A DNA stretch of 57,014 bases from Candidatus Poribacteria bacterium (GTDB taxonomy: Bacteria > Poribacteria > WGA-4E > UBA9662): the NCBI GenBank assembly GCA_036339735.1, contig JAYZAL010000007.1:1-57014 (forward strand), in the 5' to 3' direction. Both the position numbers and the translations under genes were made by a program. The notes below the pieces were generated by a model. The model worked only from the letters and a program-made list of their open reading frames with translations. It did not search any database and was not told where the DNA came from. Positions within the stretch are counted from its first letter, which is position 1, and the number at the start of each line of letters is the position of its first letter. This document shows, piece after piece, positions 31,510 to 40,754 of the stretch.

Positions 31510-31560
31510 AAAAAAAGTGGAGGACATTTTAAGACATAAGCTTAATAGTCCTCCACTTTT
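31510..31560 (-). terminator. Intrinsic terminator after the lipoprotein / Cys-peptide unit
   Basis: Perfect 13-bp inverted repeat AAAAGTGGAGGAC (31513-31525) / GTCCTCCACTTTT (31548-31560); run of 7 T on the minus strand; 17 nt after the stop at 31578. Confidence 0.75.
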
Positions 31561-31577
31561 ACAGACGTTGTATCAGA

Positions 31578-31709
31578 TTAATAATTGCAACCGCAGGATG
31601 AAACCTCAATATTGCAAGCTGATGATGTCTCAATATTCTTGATCGCTGCGAAAGCAGAACCAATAATCAGAATTGCTGTAGCAATCAGCAAAATACTTTT
31701 TTTGATCAT
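31578..31709 (-). CDS. Small secreted Cys-containing peptide (43 aa, not in ORF track)
   Basis: Manual translation MIKKSILLIATAILIIGSAFAAIKNIETSSACNIEVSSCGCNY; Sec signal ending AFA; AGGGA upstream; followed by terminator. Confidence 0.7.
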   Translation of the reverse strand: MIKKSILLIATAILIIGSAFAAIKNIETSSACNIEVSSCGCNY

Positions 31710-31795
31710 TATTTTTCCCTGTATTCTAAAATGTTTAAGATATTTAAAGATTGTTTACGGAAAATAAATATAAAACGAATGATAAAATGTAAAAA

Positions 31796-32290
31796 CTATT
31801 CAACCGTAACTGGTATTCTGTTAGTAGAAGTGTAATCCGCATGTCCTTCGTGCATCAGTTCTAATTTGGCTGAGGTTTGACCATTACTTAACCCACTAAT
31901 CAAAAAAGTGTATGGGTAAACATCTTTCCTAACTTCTAAACTAATAATGGATTTCTCATATTCCGACAACTTAAGAGTTGGTTGATTTTCTAGATCAAAA
32001 TCCATAATTTTATTACCATCATCATCCAAACAAGTGACAGACAACTCTAGGGATTGGCCACTTTTGACCAAAATGTTACCTGTGGTTGCCCCTTTGAACT
32101 CACGATAGATTTCTTTATTATCTAATGTCTGCAGAAGAAAACCATCAACGTCAGCATGCTCTGCATGATCATGGTGGTCATGGTCATCATCCGTATCGCA
32201 AGCAGAAATAAAGAAAATGGAAGTGATGACTAAAGTAGAAAAAGCGTATTTGGCTATGCTAGGCATAAGATGCCGATAAATAAATTTCAA
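31796..32290 (-). CDS. His/Asp-rich putative metal-binding lipoprotein
   Basis: Lipobox ISAC followed by DTDDDHDHHDHAEHADVDG; C-terminal LMHEGHADY; TTG start. Confidence 0.8.
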   Translation of the reverse strand: MKFIYRHLMPSIAKYAFSTLVITSIFFISACDTDDDHDHHDHAEHADVDGFLLQTLDNKEIYREFKGATTGNILVKSGQSLELSVTCLDDDGNKIMDFDLENQPTLKLSEYEKSIISLEVRKDVYPYTFLISGLSNGQTSAKLELMHEGHADYTSTNRIPVTVE

Positions 32291-32325
32291 TTTGTTTACT
32301 CTCTTAAAGGTTTAGAAGGCCGAAA

Positions 32326-32355
32326 ATGTTATGTTATAACATGTCGAGTTGTCAA
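32326..32355 (-). promoter_or_regulatory. Zur-type operator overlapping a sigma70 promoter
   Basis: ATGTTAT-GTT-ATAACAT 7-3-7 palindrome at 32326-32342; minus-strand TTGACA (32355-32350), 18 nt spacer, TAACAT; 35 nt upstream of the His-rich lipoprotein start. Confidence 0.7.
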
Positions 32356-32988
32356 GATGAATTAGTATTCATTCCTACGTTTATCCTTTTGAAATTATTC
32401 CCAACTCTTTTTATCTACTTCCTTAGACAAATGAATAAGACATATTCTATTCAATTACACGAATGCATGGTCCAGTCGCAATATTTAGATCTCACAGTGT
32501 GACTTTGAAGATCTAATATAAGTTCAAAGGTTGTGGCTGCAGCATTTGCACTTCGAGTTAAAATTTTTCTAGATCGTGCAGCTAAATCAAAAATCGACAT
32601 CATAGCCTCCGATGATAGTAGGAGCATTAGCGAGATGTTATAACATACCAATAAAGCTGTCAAGAATAGCTGATTATTTTAATTGAGTTAAGAGTATTAG
32701 AGCTAGTTCAACAAACCAGAAGAAGATCAGATTTTATTCGGTTATTATTAATCAAGGAGTAGGAAATCAAAGACGGTGGCCTCAGCTGAGTTGTAGCAAA
32801 CTCATAAATAAATATAGAAAAAATAACTAGGCTCTCTCAAAGAGACGTAGCGTACTTTACATAGTTTTATCTCTATGTTATTTTTTCACCGTTTGCTCTT
32901 TTCAATACATATGAATGTTTCTTTTCCGATCATTTTGCCATCAACAACCAACAACTTATTTGTTTTTTCACAGGTGAAATCTAATATT

Positions 32989-33360
32989 ATGAAACAACTC
33001 ACGATCCAATCCGAAAAACTGAAAGTGTTAGCCCGAATCAACGAATCTCCAACAGCTAAAGCAATTTGGGATATCTTACCTGTCAGCGGACCGGCTAGCG
33101 TGTGGGGAGATGAGATTTACTTTAGTATTCCAGTCAAACATAGTGAAGCTGATGATGCTGTAGCTGAGGTGGAAGTAGGAACGCTGGCTTATTGGCCACC
33201 AGGATCAGCCTTCTGTATTTTTTGGGGACCTACACCTGTTAGCACATCGGACAAACCAAAGGCGTACAGCCCAGTCAATATTTTAGGTGAGATCATCGGA
33301 GACGCAACCCTATTTCAGTCGATCAAACCTGGCCAAATAGTAACCGTATCTGCCAGTTAA
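32989..33360 (+). CDS. Cyclophilin-like fold protein (DUF369 / TM1367-like)
   Basis: TAKAIWDILP..WGDEIYF.IPV, G.LAYWPPG.AFCIFWGPTP.S, PVN.LG; start taken at MKQLTI (track ORF opens at 32875). Confidence 0.85.
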   Translation: MKQLTIQSEKLKVLARINESPTAKAIWDILPVSGPASVWGDEIYFSIPVKHSEADDAVAEVEVGTLAYWPPGSAFCIFWGPTPVSTSDKPKAYSPVNILGEIIGDATLFQSIKPGQIVTVSAS

Positions 33361-33373
33361 AAATATCTATTTA

Positions 33374-34102
33374 ATGAGAATCTTGGTTATTTCCGATATT
33401 CATTCGAATTACAGAGCTTTGAAGGCTACACTTGATACATTTGATGATGTTGACGAAGTTTGGTGTTTAGGTGATATTGTCGAGTACGGTCCAAGGCCTT
33501 CCGATTGTATTGAACTGGTACGCCAGAATTGTCAGCAAGTAGTAGTTGGAAATCATGATCTATATTTTTCTAAATGTCTTCCTCAGTCCAATTATGGTTG
33601 GACTGGCTGGTATCCAAATAATACACCCATAAATGATTTAGACTATATTTCTGGTTTACCCAGTTTATTGACTTTGGACAGAGATGGTATTTCTTACTGC
33701 TTGGTTCATGGTTCACCGGCTGATCACTTGACAGGTAGATTACACCCCCATGCAGAGGAAATCGAGAATATACAAAGTTTGAAAAATGCCGAGCAGGATC
33801 GAATTTTGGCTGGCCATACTCATATGGCGATGCAAATAGAAATTGATGGAAAGCTAGTTGTTAACCCCGGAACGATTGGTCAACCCCGTGATGGTGATTA
33901 TCGTGCTCAATGTATGATAATCGACAATGGATGTATTCAGCACCATCGTGTTGAATACGATCTCGATCTGCTGGCCGAAGATTATTACAAATCAGGTATG
34001 GACATAAACCAGGCGAACCTGTGGCTTACCTATACTCGTAATGGGATTGTTGAGGTTCATGGCCTTCAGATAGGTCCACTTTCATTTGTCAATTCAGTGT
34101 AA
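33374..34102 (+). CDS. Calcineurin-like metallophosphoesterase (YfcE/MJ0912 type)
   Basis: DIHSN, GDIVEYG, GNHD, HGSP, GHTH, NPGTIGQPRDG. Confidence 0.92.
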   Translation: MRILVISDIHSNYRALKATLDTFDDVDEVWCLGDIVEYGPRPSDCIELVRQNCQQVVVGNHDLYFSKCLPQSNYGWTGWYPNNTPINDLDYISGLPSLLTLDRDGISYCLVHGSPADHLTGRLHPHAEEIENIQSLKNAEQDRILAGHTHMAMQIEIDGKLVVNPGTIGQPRDGDYRAQCMIIDNGCIQHHRVEYDLDLLAEDYYKSGMDINQANLWLTYTRNGIVEVHGLQIGPLSFVNSV

Positions 34103-34270
34103 TACCAATCACTCGCCGCATGTTCTCACACTGTTATGTGGGCAGAAATTTAAATAAGAAACCAGCAGAAAGCTGTTCAGATGTACCAACTTAATTATTA
34201 ATCATTGGTCTAGTTAATTGAAATTTAGAACCTCAATACGCTTTCAATAGACTGAAAGTATGAAAAAATT

Positions 34271-35560
34271 ATGGAACAAGTTAAAAACGATGTAGATGTA
34301 TTAGTTATTGGTGGCGGTACTGCAGGTACAATTGCGGCAGTACAATCAGCCCGACTTGGGCAACAGACAGCTTTGATTGAATCTAGTAGTCAGTTAGGCG
34401 GTGTTACTACGACTGGTGGTGTATCTTTCCCTGGACTTTTTCATGCTTGGGGTGAACAAGTTATAGCTGGAATCGGATGGGAACTAGTTTCGAAGGCCGT
34501 TGATCTGGACACAGGGAAAATGCCAGACTTTTCAATTCCTCCTGCCCGTCATTGGTGGCATCAAATACGTATTAATGGTCCTGTTTATGCGGCACTAGCA
34601 GAAGAAGCATGCTTAGAAGCTGGAGTTGATTTGCATTACTATGAGATACCGACAGAAGTTTTTGAAACCAAATTCGGTTGGCATGTAAAAACTGTAGGTA
34701 AAGGTATAAGTCGCTCTATTAATACAAAGCAATTAATCGATTGTACAGGTGGCGCTGATATTGTTGGTTATATCGGTTTCCCACGTTTGCGAGAAGAAGA
34801 AACTCAACCAGGAACCTTGATTTTCAAACTAGGTGGATACGACCTTGAATCTCTAGATCAAGAAATTTTACAAAAGATTTTCCTGGAAGCCATGATGGAT
34901 GGACGATTGAAACATGGAGACGTGAGCAATCCAAAAGGAAGATTTATTAACTTTCTGGCCAGTGGAGGTGAAAACGCACAACATGTTTTTGAAGCTGATT
35001 CTTCTACTTCGGATCGACATACAAAAACTAATATTTCTGGCCGTCAGTCTTTATTGCGTATCCTACGGTTTGTTCGTTCTTTACCAGGATGTGAAAATAC
35101 TTTTGTGGTAAAAGCTCAAGCAGAAACAGCTGTACGTGAAACATACCGCATTGTCGGTGAAGAAAAAATAAGCTGTCAGGACTATGTTACTGGTAGAGTA
35201 TTTGATGATGCAGTTTCTTATTCCTTCTACCCAATTGACTTACATGATCGAGACGGAGTCAAGCCTCAACCTTTGAAAGAGGGGGTCGTTGCCACGGTTC
35301 CAATTAGAGCCTTGATTCCGAAAGGAAGTAAAAATTTGCTGGTTGCAGGAAGGAGTATCAGCAGCGACAGATTAGCTAATTCAGCTCTGAGGGTTCAAGC
35401 ATCTTCAATGGCTATGGGACAGGCAGCTGGGGCAGCCGCGGCTCTATCGGCAAGCCAAGGTAAATCACCAATCCAAATTCAAATTTCAGAATTGAGGCAA
35501 TTGCTATTACAGCATCAAGCTGTTGTTCCAATACCTCAGGTCACTAAGGCTGGTAATTGA
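34271..35560 (+). CDS. FAD-dependent oxidoreductase (PF12831-type)
   Basis: DVLVIGGGTAG, LGG..T.GGV, IDCTG.AD, RETYRIVG, Y.IDLH, NLLVAGRSIS, MAMGQAAG. Confidence 0.9.
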   Translation: MEQVKNDVDVLVIGGGTAGTIAAVQSARLGQQTALIESSSQLGGVTTTGGVSFPGLFHAWGEQVIAGIGWELVSKAVDLDTGKMPDFSIPPARHWWHQIRINGPVYAALAEEACLEAGVDLHYYEIPTEVFETKFGWHVKTVGKGISRSINTKQLIDCTGGADIVGYIGFPRLREEETQPGTLIFKLGGYDLESLDQEILQKIFLEAMMDGRLKHGDVSNPKGRFINFLASGGENAQHVFEADSSTSDRHTKTNISGRQSLLRILRFVRSLPGCENTFVVKAQAETAVRETYRIVGEEKISCQDYVTGRVFDDAVSYSFYPIDLHDRDGVKPQPLKEGVVATVPIRALIPKGSKNLLVAGRSISSDRLANSALRVQASSMAMGQAAGAAAALSASQGKSPIQIQISELRQLLLQHQAVVPIPQVTKAGN

Positions 35561-35609
35561 TTCGAGGATAAAAATACCGCAGTAGAAAAATATATCTTCA
35601 TCATTTAGG

Positions 35610-35807
35610 TTGAGCAAGAGTGAAATTTTAACTTTTCATGATAGAGGTTTTCTAATCATACCTCGTGTTTTATCAATTTCAAGTCTAAGATCGGAGCCTA
35701 CGAATCTAGTTCCTGACTTTTCAAAAGTAGTTTCCTCAAGAAGAACTGATAACTATTTGCGTTCGTTTTGTATAACACTAGAGTCATCTAAAACATTGAC
35801 TCGGTGA
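35610..35807 (+). pseudogene. Probable remnant of a PhyH-family dioxygenase N-terminus
   Basis: EILTFHDRGFLIIPRVLS resembles the PhyH N-terminal motif; the rest has no PhyH features; lies just upstream of an intact PhyH gene. Confidence 0.35.
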
Positions 35808-35823
35808 TTAGGAGAGAGTTGAT

Positions 35824-36723
35824 ATGTCGACAGAAAAACTAATTAAGTCTAACAACATTCAATACGATGCGTTTGCTCTGAGAAACCAAGCCGAACAAAA
35901 CGGATATTTATTTTTTTCGGACTTAGTTGATCCTAACAGGATCATGGAGGTAAGAAGAGAGATAACATCCATTTTACAAGAAGTAGGATGGATTGATGTT
36001 AATACTGATCCTTTATTAGCCATTACAAGTCACGAAGCTCGTCTGACAGGGAGTCCAGAATTTAGCCAAGTATACGATATGATTCAATGTCTAGAATCAT
36101 TCCACTCCTTAGCTCATCATATATCTTTACTCCAAATTACAGAAAGCCTACTGCAGTCAGATGTTCTTTTACAACCTAGTAACATTGCTCGAGTTATATT
36201 CCCTAGCCAATTAGAGCATACCACTCCACCACATCAGGACTATGTCCATATTCAAGGGACACCAGATGTATGGACGGTTTGGATTCCTTTGGGAGATTGT
36301 CCTCAAAGATTGGGTGGGCTAAGTGTGCTGGTTGGCTCTCATAACCTGGGCATACTACCAGTATCTAAATCTTTAGGGGCAGGTGGTTTACGAGCAGACA
36401 CTCGGCATACCGACTTGAAATGGGCATACAGCCCGCTCAACTGTGGAGACGTTCTATTCTTTCATAGTCATACTGTACACAAAGGATTAGCTAATCTCTC
36501 AGGTAACCAATTACGATTATCGGTAGATTATCGTTACCAAAGAGCCGGTGACCCCGTAATGGATCTTGTATTGGGACCACACCAAGGTCGTCTAAAATGG
36601 TCAGAAGTCTACGCCAATTGGCAATCGAATCAATACCAGTATTATTGGAAAAATTTCTCTTTGAACCCTGTTAAGAAACAACCTTGGCCAACAGATATGC
36701 CTCTTACAGAAAAGGGAAAATGA
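35824..36723 (+). CDS. Phytanoyl-CoA dioxygenase (PhyH) family Fe(II)/2OG oxygenase
   Basis: NGYLFF, PPHQD, TVWIPLGD, GGL.VL.GSH, GDVLFFHSHTVH, RLSVDYRY; AGGAG RBS. Confidence 0.92.
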   Translation: MSTEKLIKSNNIQYDAFALRNQAEQNGYLFFSDLVDPNRIMEVRREITSILQEVGWIDVNTDPLLAITSHEARLTGSPEFSQVYDMIQCLESFHSLAHHISLLQITESLLQSDVLLQPSNIARVIFPSQLEHTTPPHQDYVHIQGTPDVWTVWIPLGDCPQRLGGLSVLVGSHNLGILPVSKSLGAGGLRADTRHTDLKWAYSPLNCGDVLFFHSHTVHKGLANLSGNQLRLSVDYRYQRAGDPVMDLVLGPHQGRLKWSEVYANWQSNQYQYYWKNFSLNPVKKQPWPTDMPLTEKGK

Positions 36724-36876
36724 TAATAGGATAATTGAATTAATCTTTGTTATTTTCTAAGACACAGATTTAGATAATCTCAGATAATTAAGCTGAAGCA
36801 TGTTATGACAACCATCATTCATCGACTAGCACTTTGAAATGAGGAATGATTTCCCTCAATTGAAAGGAATCCTACT

Positions 36877-38112
36877 ATGCATATCAAAGACCTACAATCC
36901 GAAGTCGATCGTCTAGAAAAAGAACTTGCTGACTTAAAGCAGATTTCGACTAAGAAGGCAAAAAAACATGATGCAACCTTGGCTGAATTGGTCCAAAACC
37001 GATCCTATGCATTTAATCCTAATTTGGAATCAACGGATGAAATAGTAAAAGGATGTGCTTATTCTCTAAGAAAATATGGCTTCTGCGTCATTGACAATCT
37101 GATCCCTGACGATCAAATACCAATTATCAGACGTGAGATCACCGAAGCTCAAGTAAAGGTTAGCAACAACCTGAGAGAATTCAAAAGAAAAGTCAATTCT
37201 ATTGGACCTAAATTTTCAGAGCTTCTCACTACTAGTGGGATTGAATTAAGACCAGTGAGACGGGTAGGGCATTGGCCAAAACCACCGAACGATATTGTCT
37301 GGATGCCCCAATATGCTAAATACTTGGCCCATTCATTAGTAACTGGATTAGCACGCCATGTGCTGGATGACCACTTGCGTATCGCACAATTACACTTGCG
37401 TATTATCGAATCAGATCAGGTAGATGGAACACCCGGTGGTTTTGGACAAGTAAAACATCGTGGTCCAAATTATCGAGGCTGGCACACAGATTGGCCCCAC
37501 GATCTGTCAGCTTATGGTAGTGATGACCCTGGACAAAATGCTGGTTGTATCCGGCAACCATTCCCTGATGTAGCTATGTGCTTAGTCATGATTTGGTACT
37601 TGACTGATGTTGATGAGAATTCCGGTGGAACTTGGGTAGTTCCAGGTTCACATCGAGACACTCGTAATCCTAGAGGCCCCTCCGATAATATCAACGTTGC
37701 AGCACCTATTCCGGGCGAAATCCAGATCAGTGCTCCTGCTGGATCTGTTTATATTCAAGATTCTCGTAGTTGGCATGCTTCACCCAAGCATAACCCTAGT
37801 AAACGGGATCGTATTGCTGTAGTTAATCGCTGGTGTCCTTGGTGGTTATCAGTTGATGATTATGCCCCGGAAGGAATTTACAACACAGTTTGTCGTCCTC
37901 TATCAAAATCTGAGTATTTTGACTTACCGCCTAACTTACAGCCACTAATGAAACACCTATGCCCACAGGTATGGGATACGATTCAGCAACCTGTGCTCGA
38001 CCGAGCAAAAGCAGCCCAGATAAGAAACAGTTGGGGGTTCCAAAAATTAGAGGAAAATCCTGAAAGTTTGGCCCAGGCTAACGAACACATTCGTGTGGCA
38101 ATACCAGAATAA
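36877..38112 (+). CDS. PhyH-family dioxygenase with N-terminal coiled coil
   Basis: YGFCVIDN, GWHTDWPHD, IWYLTD..SGGTWVVPGSH, GSV...DSRSWH, R.AVVNRW. Confidence 0.88.
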   Translation: MHIKDLQSEVDRLEKELADLKQISTKKAKKHDATLAELVQNRSYAFNPNLESTDEIVKGCAYSLRKYGFCVIDNLIPDDQIPIIRREITEAQVKVSNNLREFKRKVNSIGPKFSELLTTSGIELRPVRRVGHWPKPPNDIVWMPQYAKYLAHSLVTGLARHVLDDHLRIAQLHLRIIESDQVDGTPGGFGQVKHRGPNYRGWHTDWPHDLSAYGSDDPGQNAGCIRQPFPDVAMCLVMIWYLTDVDENSGGTWVVPGSHRDTRNPRGPSDNINVAAPIPGEIQISAPAGSVYIQDSRSWHASPKHNPSKRDRIAVVNRWCPWWLSVDDYAPEGIYNTVCRPLSKSEYFDLPPNLQPLMKHLCPQVWDTIQQPVLDRAKAAQIRNSWGFQKLEENPESLAQANEHIRVAIPE

Positions 38113-38258
38113 GTTTTTCATTGATTTTGCGTTATTTAATTTAAACCTGATGTATTACCCTATTATTACTCAGTTCTTTTCTCGTTCCTGATAATCATTT
38201 TGGAAGTGATTACGCTAGTTTTTGTATATTATTTTTTGAAGTTGGACTATTGACTATT

Positions 38259-39383
38259 ATGGAAAAAGAAAAAATCGACCAAAAGGATTTAAAGATCACC
38301 AATGTTATTCCGATTACGATGCGGGCGGCGAGGGGATACCCAGCGTGGGTGATTGTTCAAATACAAACGAATGTTGGAATTGAAGGAATTGGGGAAGGGT
38401 TTACTTGGTCCGGTCAGGCTGAGTCTATTGCTAATTATATCAGATCACTAAGGGAAAAAGTTTTAGGTTCGAGAATAACTGATATTCAGACTTTTAGGGA
38501 TAGGTTTCCAACCAAAGCAGAGAATCGAAACTGGAGTGCGGCAGTTTCGGCCGTCGAAATTGCGCTTTGGGATATTTTGGGTAAAGCTACAAATCAATCG
38601 ATCTACCAATTATTGGGTGGAAAAGTTCGGGACAAGATACCGCTTTATGCTGATCATGGTATCTTCAGTGGGACCAGAGACTGGGAGGAATGTATTGATC
38701 GTATCTTAAAAGCCAAAGATGATGGATTTACCATGTTTAAATGGGATCCCTTCACTGGCGAAGGGACACCTACTCTGCGTAACCTAAAAGATCAAATCAA
38801 AAAAATAGAAATGGTACGTAGTGCCGTTGGGCCAGAATACCAAATTGCTATTGATGCTCATAACCGTTTTTCTGTGAAAGGCGCTATTATGGCCGCAAAG
38901 GAAATGGAATCTTATGATATCCTTTTTTTTGAAGCTCCAACGCACGATGACACAAGACTCCTGAAACAAGTTGCTGATGCTACGCACATACCTCTCGCTA
39001 CAGGAGAACTTACCTGTACCATTGAACAATCGAAAGATCTATTTGAAAGTGGTTCGCTGGGATTTTTTCAGCCAGAAGTAGGGACTAACGGTGGTATCTT
39101 AGCTACGATTGAGATGGCTGATTTAGCCGACCAATATCACTTGAAAATTGCCACCCATAATTGGTGTGGTCCAGTAATTACGCGGGCAGCTTCACATGCT
39201 TGTGCTGTCATACCAAATTTATTATTTCAAGAATACGCGGGAGGTGCTGCAATTGATAGTTGGGAGAATGAGTTGCTCATACCAGAGACAAAAATAGAAA
39301 ATGGTCATTTAATTTTGCCTGATTTGCCGGGTTTGGGTTTTGAGCTTAACAAAGATTTGTTGGATCAAAAAAGGATCAGTTAA
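38259..39383 (+). CDS. Mandelate racemase / muconate lactonizing (enolase superfamily) dehydratase, DgoD-like
   Basis: GIGE, SAVEIALWDILGK..IYQLLGG, KWD, DAH, FFEAP, TGE, QP, HN, PGLG; ATG start at 38259. Confidence 0.9.
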   Translation: MEKEKIDQKDLKITNVIPITMRAARGYPAWVIVQIQTNVGIEGIGEGFTWSGQAESIANYIRSLREKVLGSRITDIQTFRDRFPTKAENRNWSAAVSAVEIALWDILGKATNQSIYQLLGGKVRDKIPLYADHGIFSGTRDWEECIDRILKAKDDGFTMFKWDPFTGEGTPTLRNLKDQIKKIEMVRSAVGPEYQIAIDAHNRFSVKGAIMAAKEMESYDILFFEAPTHDDTRLLKQVADATHIPLATGELTCTIEQSKDLFESGSLGFFQPEVGTNGGILATIEMADLADQYHLKIATHNWCGPVITRAASHACAVIPNLLFQEYAGGAAIDSWENELLIPETKIENGHLILPDLPGLGFELNKDLLDQKRIS

Positions 39384-39536
39384 TTTTGTGCACCCAAACG
39401 ATTGTGTCGCTACTCAAATGTAGTTATGTGAAACGTCGAAAAATCCTGCTTTCTCTATCGCAATGACCGATGTGAGGGGAAGTGGATTGTCGCTATCCTA
39501 CGTTTATTGCCACATACTTTAGAAATAGGTGGGAAG

Positions 39537-39758
39537 ATGGATCATAAAAAAATCGTTAATTCTAAGTGGACAGCTGTTAATGTAAAAAATCGGGAAAAGC
39601 ATTTTCTTGTAGTTGAAAAAATAAAAAAAAGTGATCAGAATGGAATTCTAATTGACTATCTACGAATTGAAGCTGTATTAACCAAGAAGATGTACCAAAT
39701 ACCGATGAAACAGATAAAAGATAAAAGCAAGTGGATAGTGGGTTGGCAAAGAGATTAG
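39537..39758 (+). CDS. TIGR02450-family Trp-rich protein
   Basis: K..SKWTAV...REKHFLV, IEAVLT, W..GW; ATG at 39537. Confidence 0.8.
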   Translation: MDHKKIVNSKWTAVNVKNREKHFLVVEKIKKSDQNGILIDYLRIEAVLTKKMYQIPMKQIKDKSKWIVGWQRD

Positions 39759-39921
39759 GAGCCAAAGTGATTTAAACTTTGGCGGTACGCTATATTTCAT
39801 TTCTTAGAGAGATTATAATCTTGTCCATTTTTTGAAAACAAAATTCTAACACTACTTAACTTAATGGGTAAGTATCTCTAATCAAGTCTATGTCTTCTCG
39901 ATTAAAATGAGAGTAGTAGTT

Positions 39922-40092
39922 TTAACCGATTTTCTCGTTGATTTTTTCAACTTCTTGTTTTAATTCTCTGACCATTAACATCATAGTTTCGGAGTAGGAT
40001 TTGTAGGTTTCAATTTCCCTCTTATCTTTGCTTCTAACCCAAAACAGATAACCAATTAGCAGCGCAAGAAGTATGTATTGTAATGTATCCAT
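39922..40092 (-). CDS. Small membrane-anchored coiled-coil protein (56 aa, not in ORF track)
   Basis: Manual translation MDTLQYILLALLIGYLFWVRSKDKREIETYKSYSETMMLMVRELKQEVEKINEKIG. Confidence 0.6.
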   Translation of the reverse strand: MDTLQYILLALLIGYLFWVRSKDKREIETYKSYSETMMLMVRELKQEVEKINEKIG

Positions 40093-40209
40093 TAATTAAT
40101 TCTCGTTTGACTCAGTTTTCTGTCTACACAGATACACCTCATTTTTGTTCCATTTGAATGCCGGCGTATTCATTTGATAAACAGAAAGATTCGTAAAATT
40201 CTTTATAGG

Positions 40210-40344
40210 TTAAAAGTATGACAAGTGCAACCTGTTTTTGAGTTCAATTTTGTTTCTCTTGGAAAGTTTTCTATGCTTAGTCTCCTTAGTAGGTCTACCA
40301 ATTGCGCTGTGCAAAAGCTTTAGGGATAATCTTTCTATCTTCAT
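40210..40344 (-). CDS. Possible small basic protein (44 aa)
   Basis: Manual translation MKIERLSLKLLHSAIGRPTKETKHRKLSKRNKIELKNRLHLSYF; purine-rich upstream; no recognisable family. Confidence 0.25.
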   Translation of the reverse strand: MKIERLSLKLLHSAIGRPTKETKHRKLSKRNKIELKNRLHLSYF

Positions 40345-40754
40345 TTTCTTCCATAGTTACCGAAGGTATTCTATTGTTTCTGATTAAAGTATTAAGATGC
40401 TCTGATGATATCATTTAATATTTGGTTGAATATAGATAGCAAGATGACCGCGGCTAAAGATTCATTTCATCTTGATTAGATTGTAAATTGTGCCATCTCC
40501 TCTAGTCAATTTTGATCTCGATACAGGATTTGTATTACGGATTAATCAATAAAAATCTTAGATTATAGATCTTATATTTTGTTCAGATGGATTTTAATTA
40601 GGAATAGAAGCATACTGGGGGCATTAACTCTTATGTAGACAACTTTTTGTTATGAATCGGACAGTGGTTATAGTTTAGATTGACACTTGTCAGAATACAA
40701 AACTCATTAAGAATAAATGCGTGGAAGATTTGAATCAAGAGAGATAAATTGATT

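Noticed and set aside
31585-31767. 60-aa plus-strand ORF from the track
   Set aside because: Antisense shadow of the minus-strand secreted Cys peptide, which has a signal peptide, co-orientation and a terminator
32745-32810. ATCAAGGAG..TGGCC..GCAAAC resembling SAM-I
   Set aside because: Kink-turn, P1 closure and P3/P4 elements cannot be built
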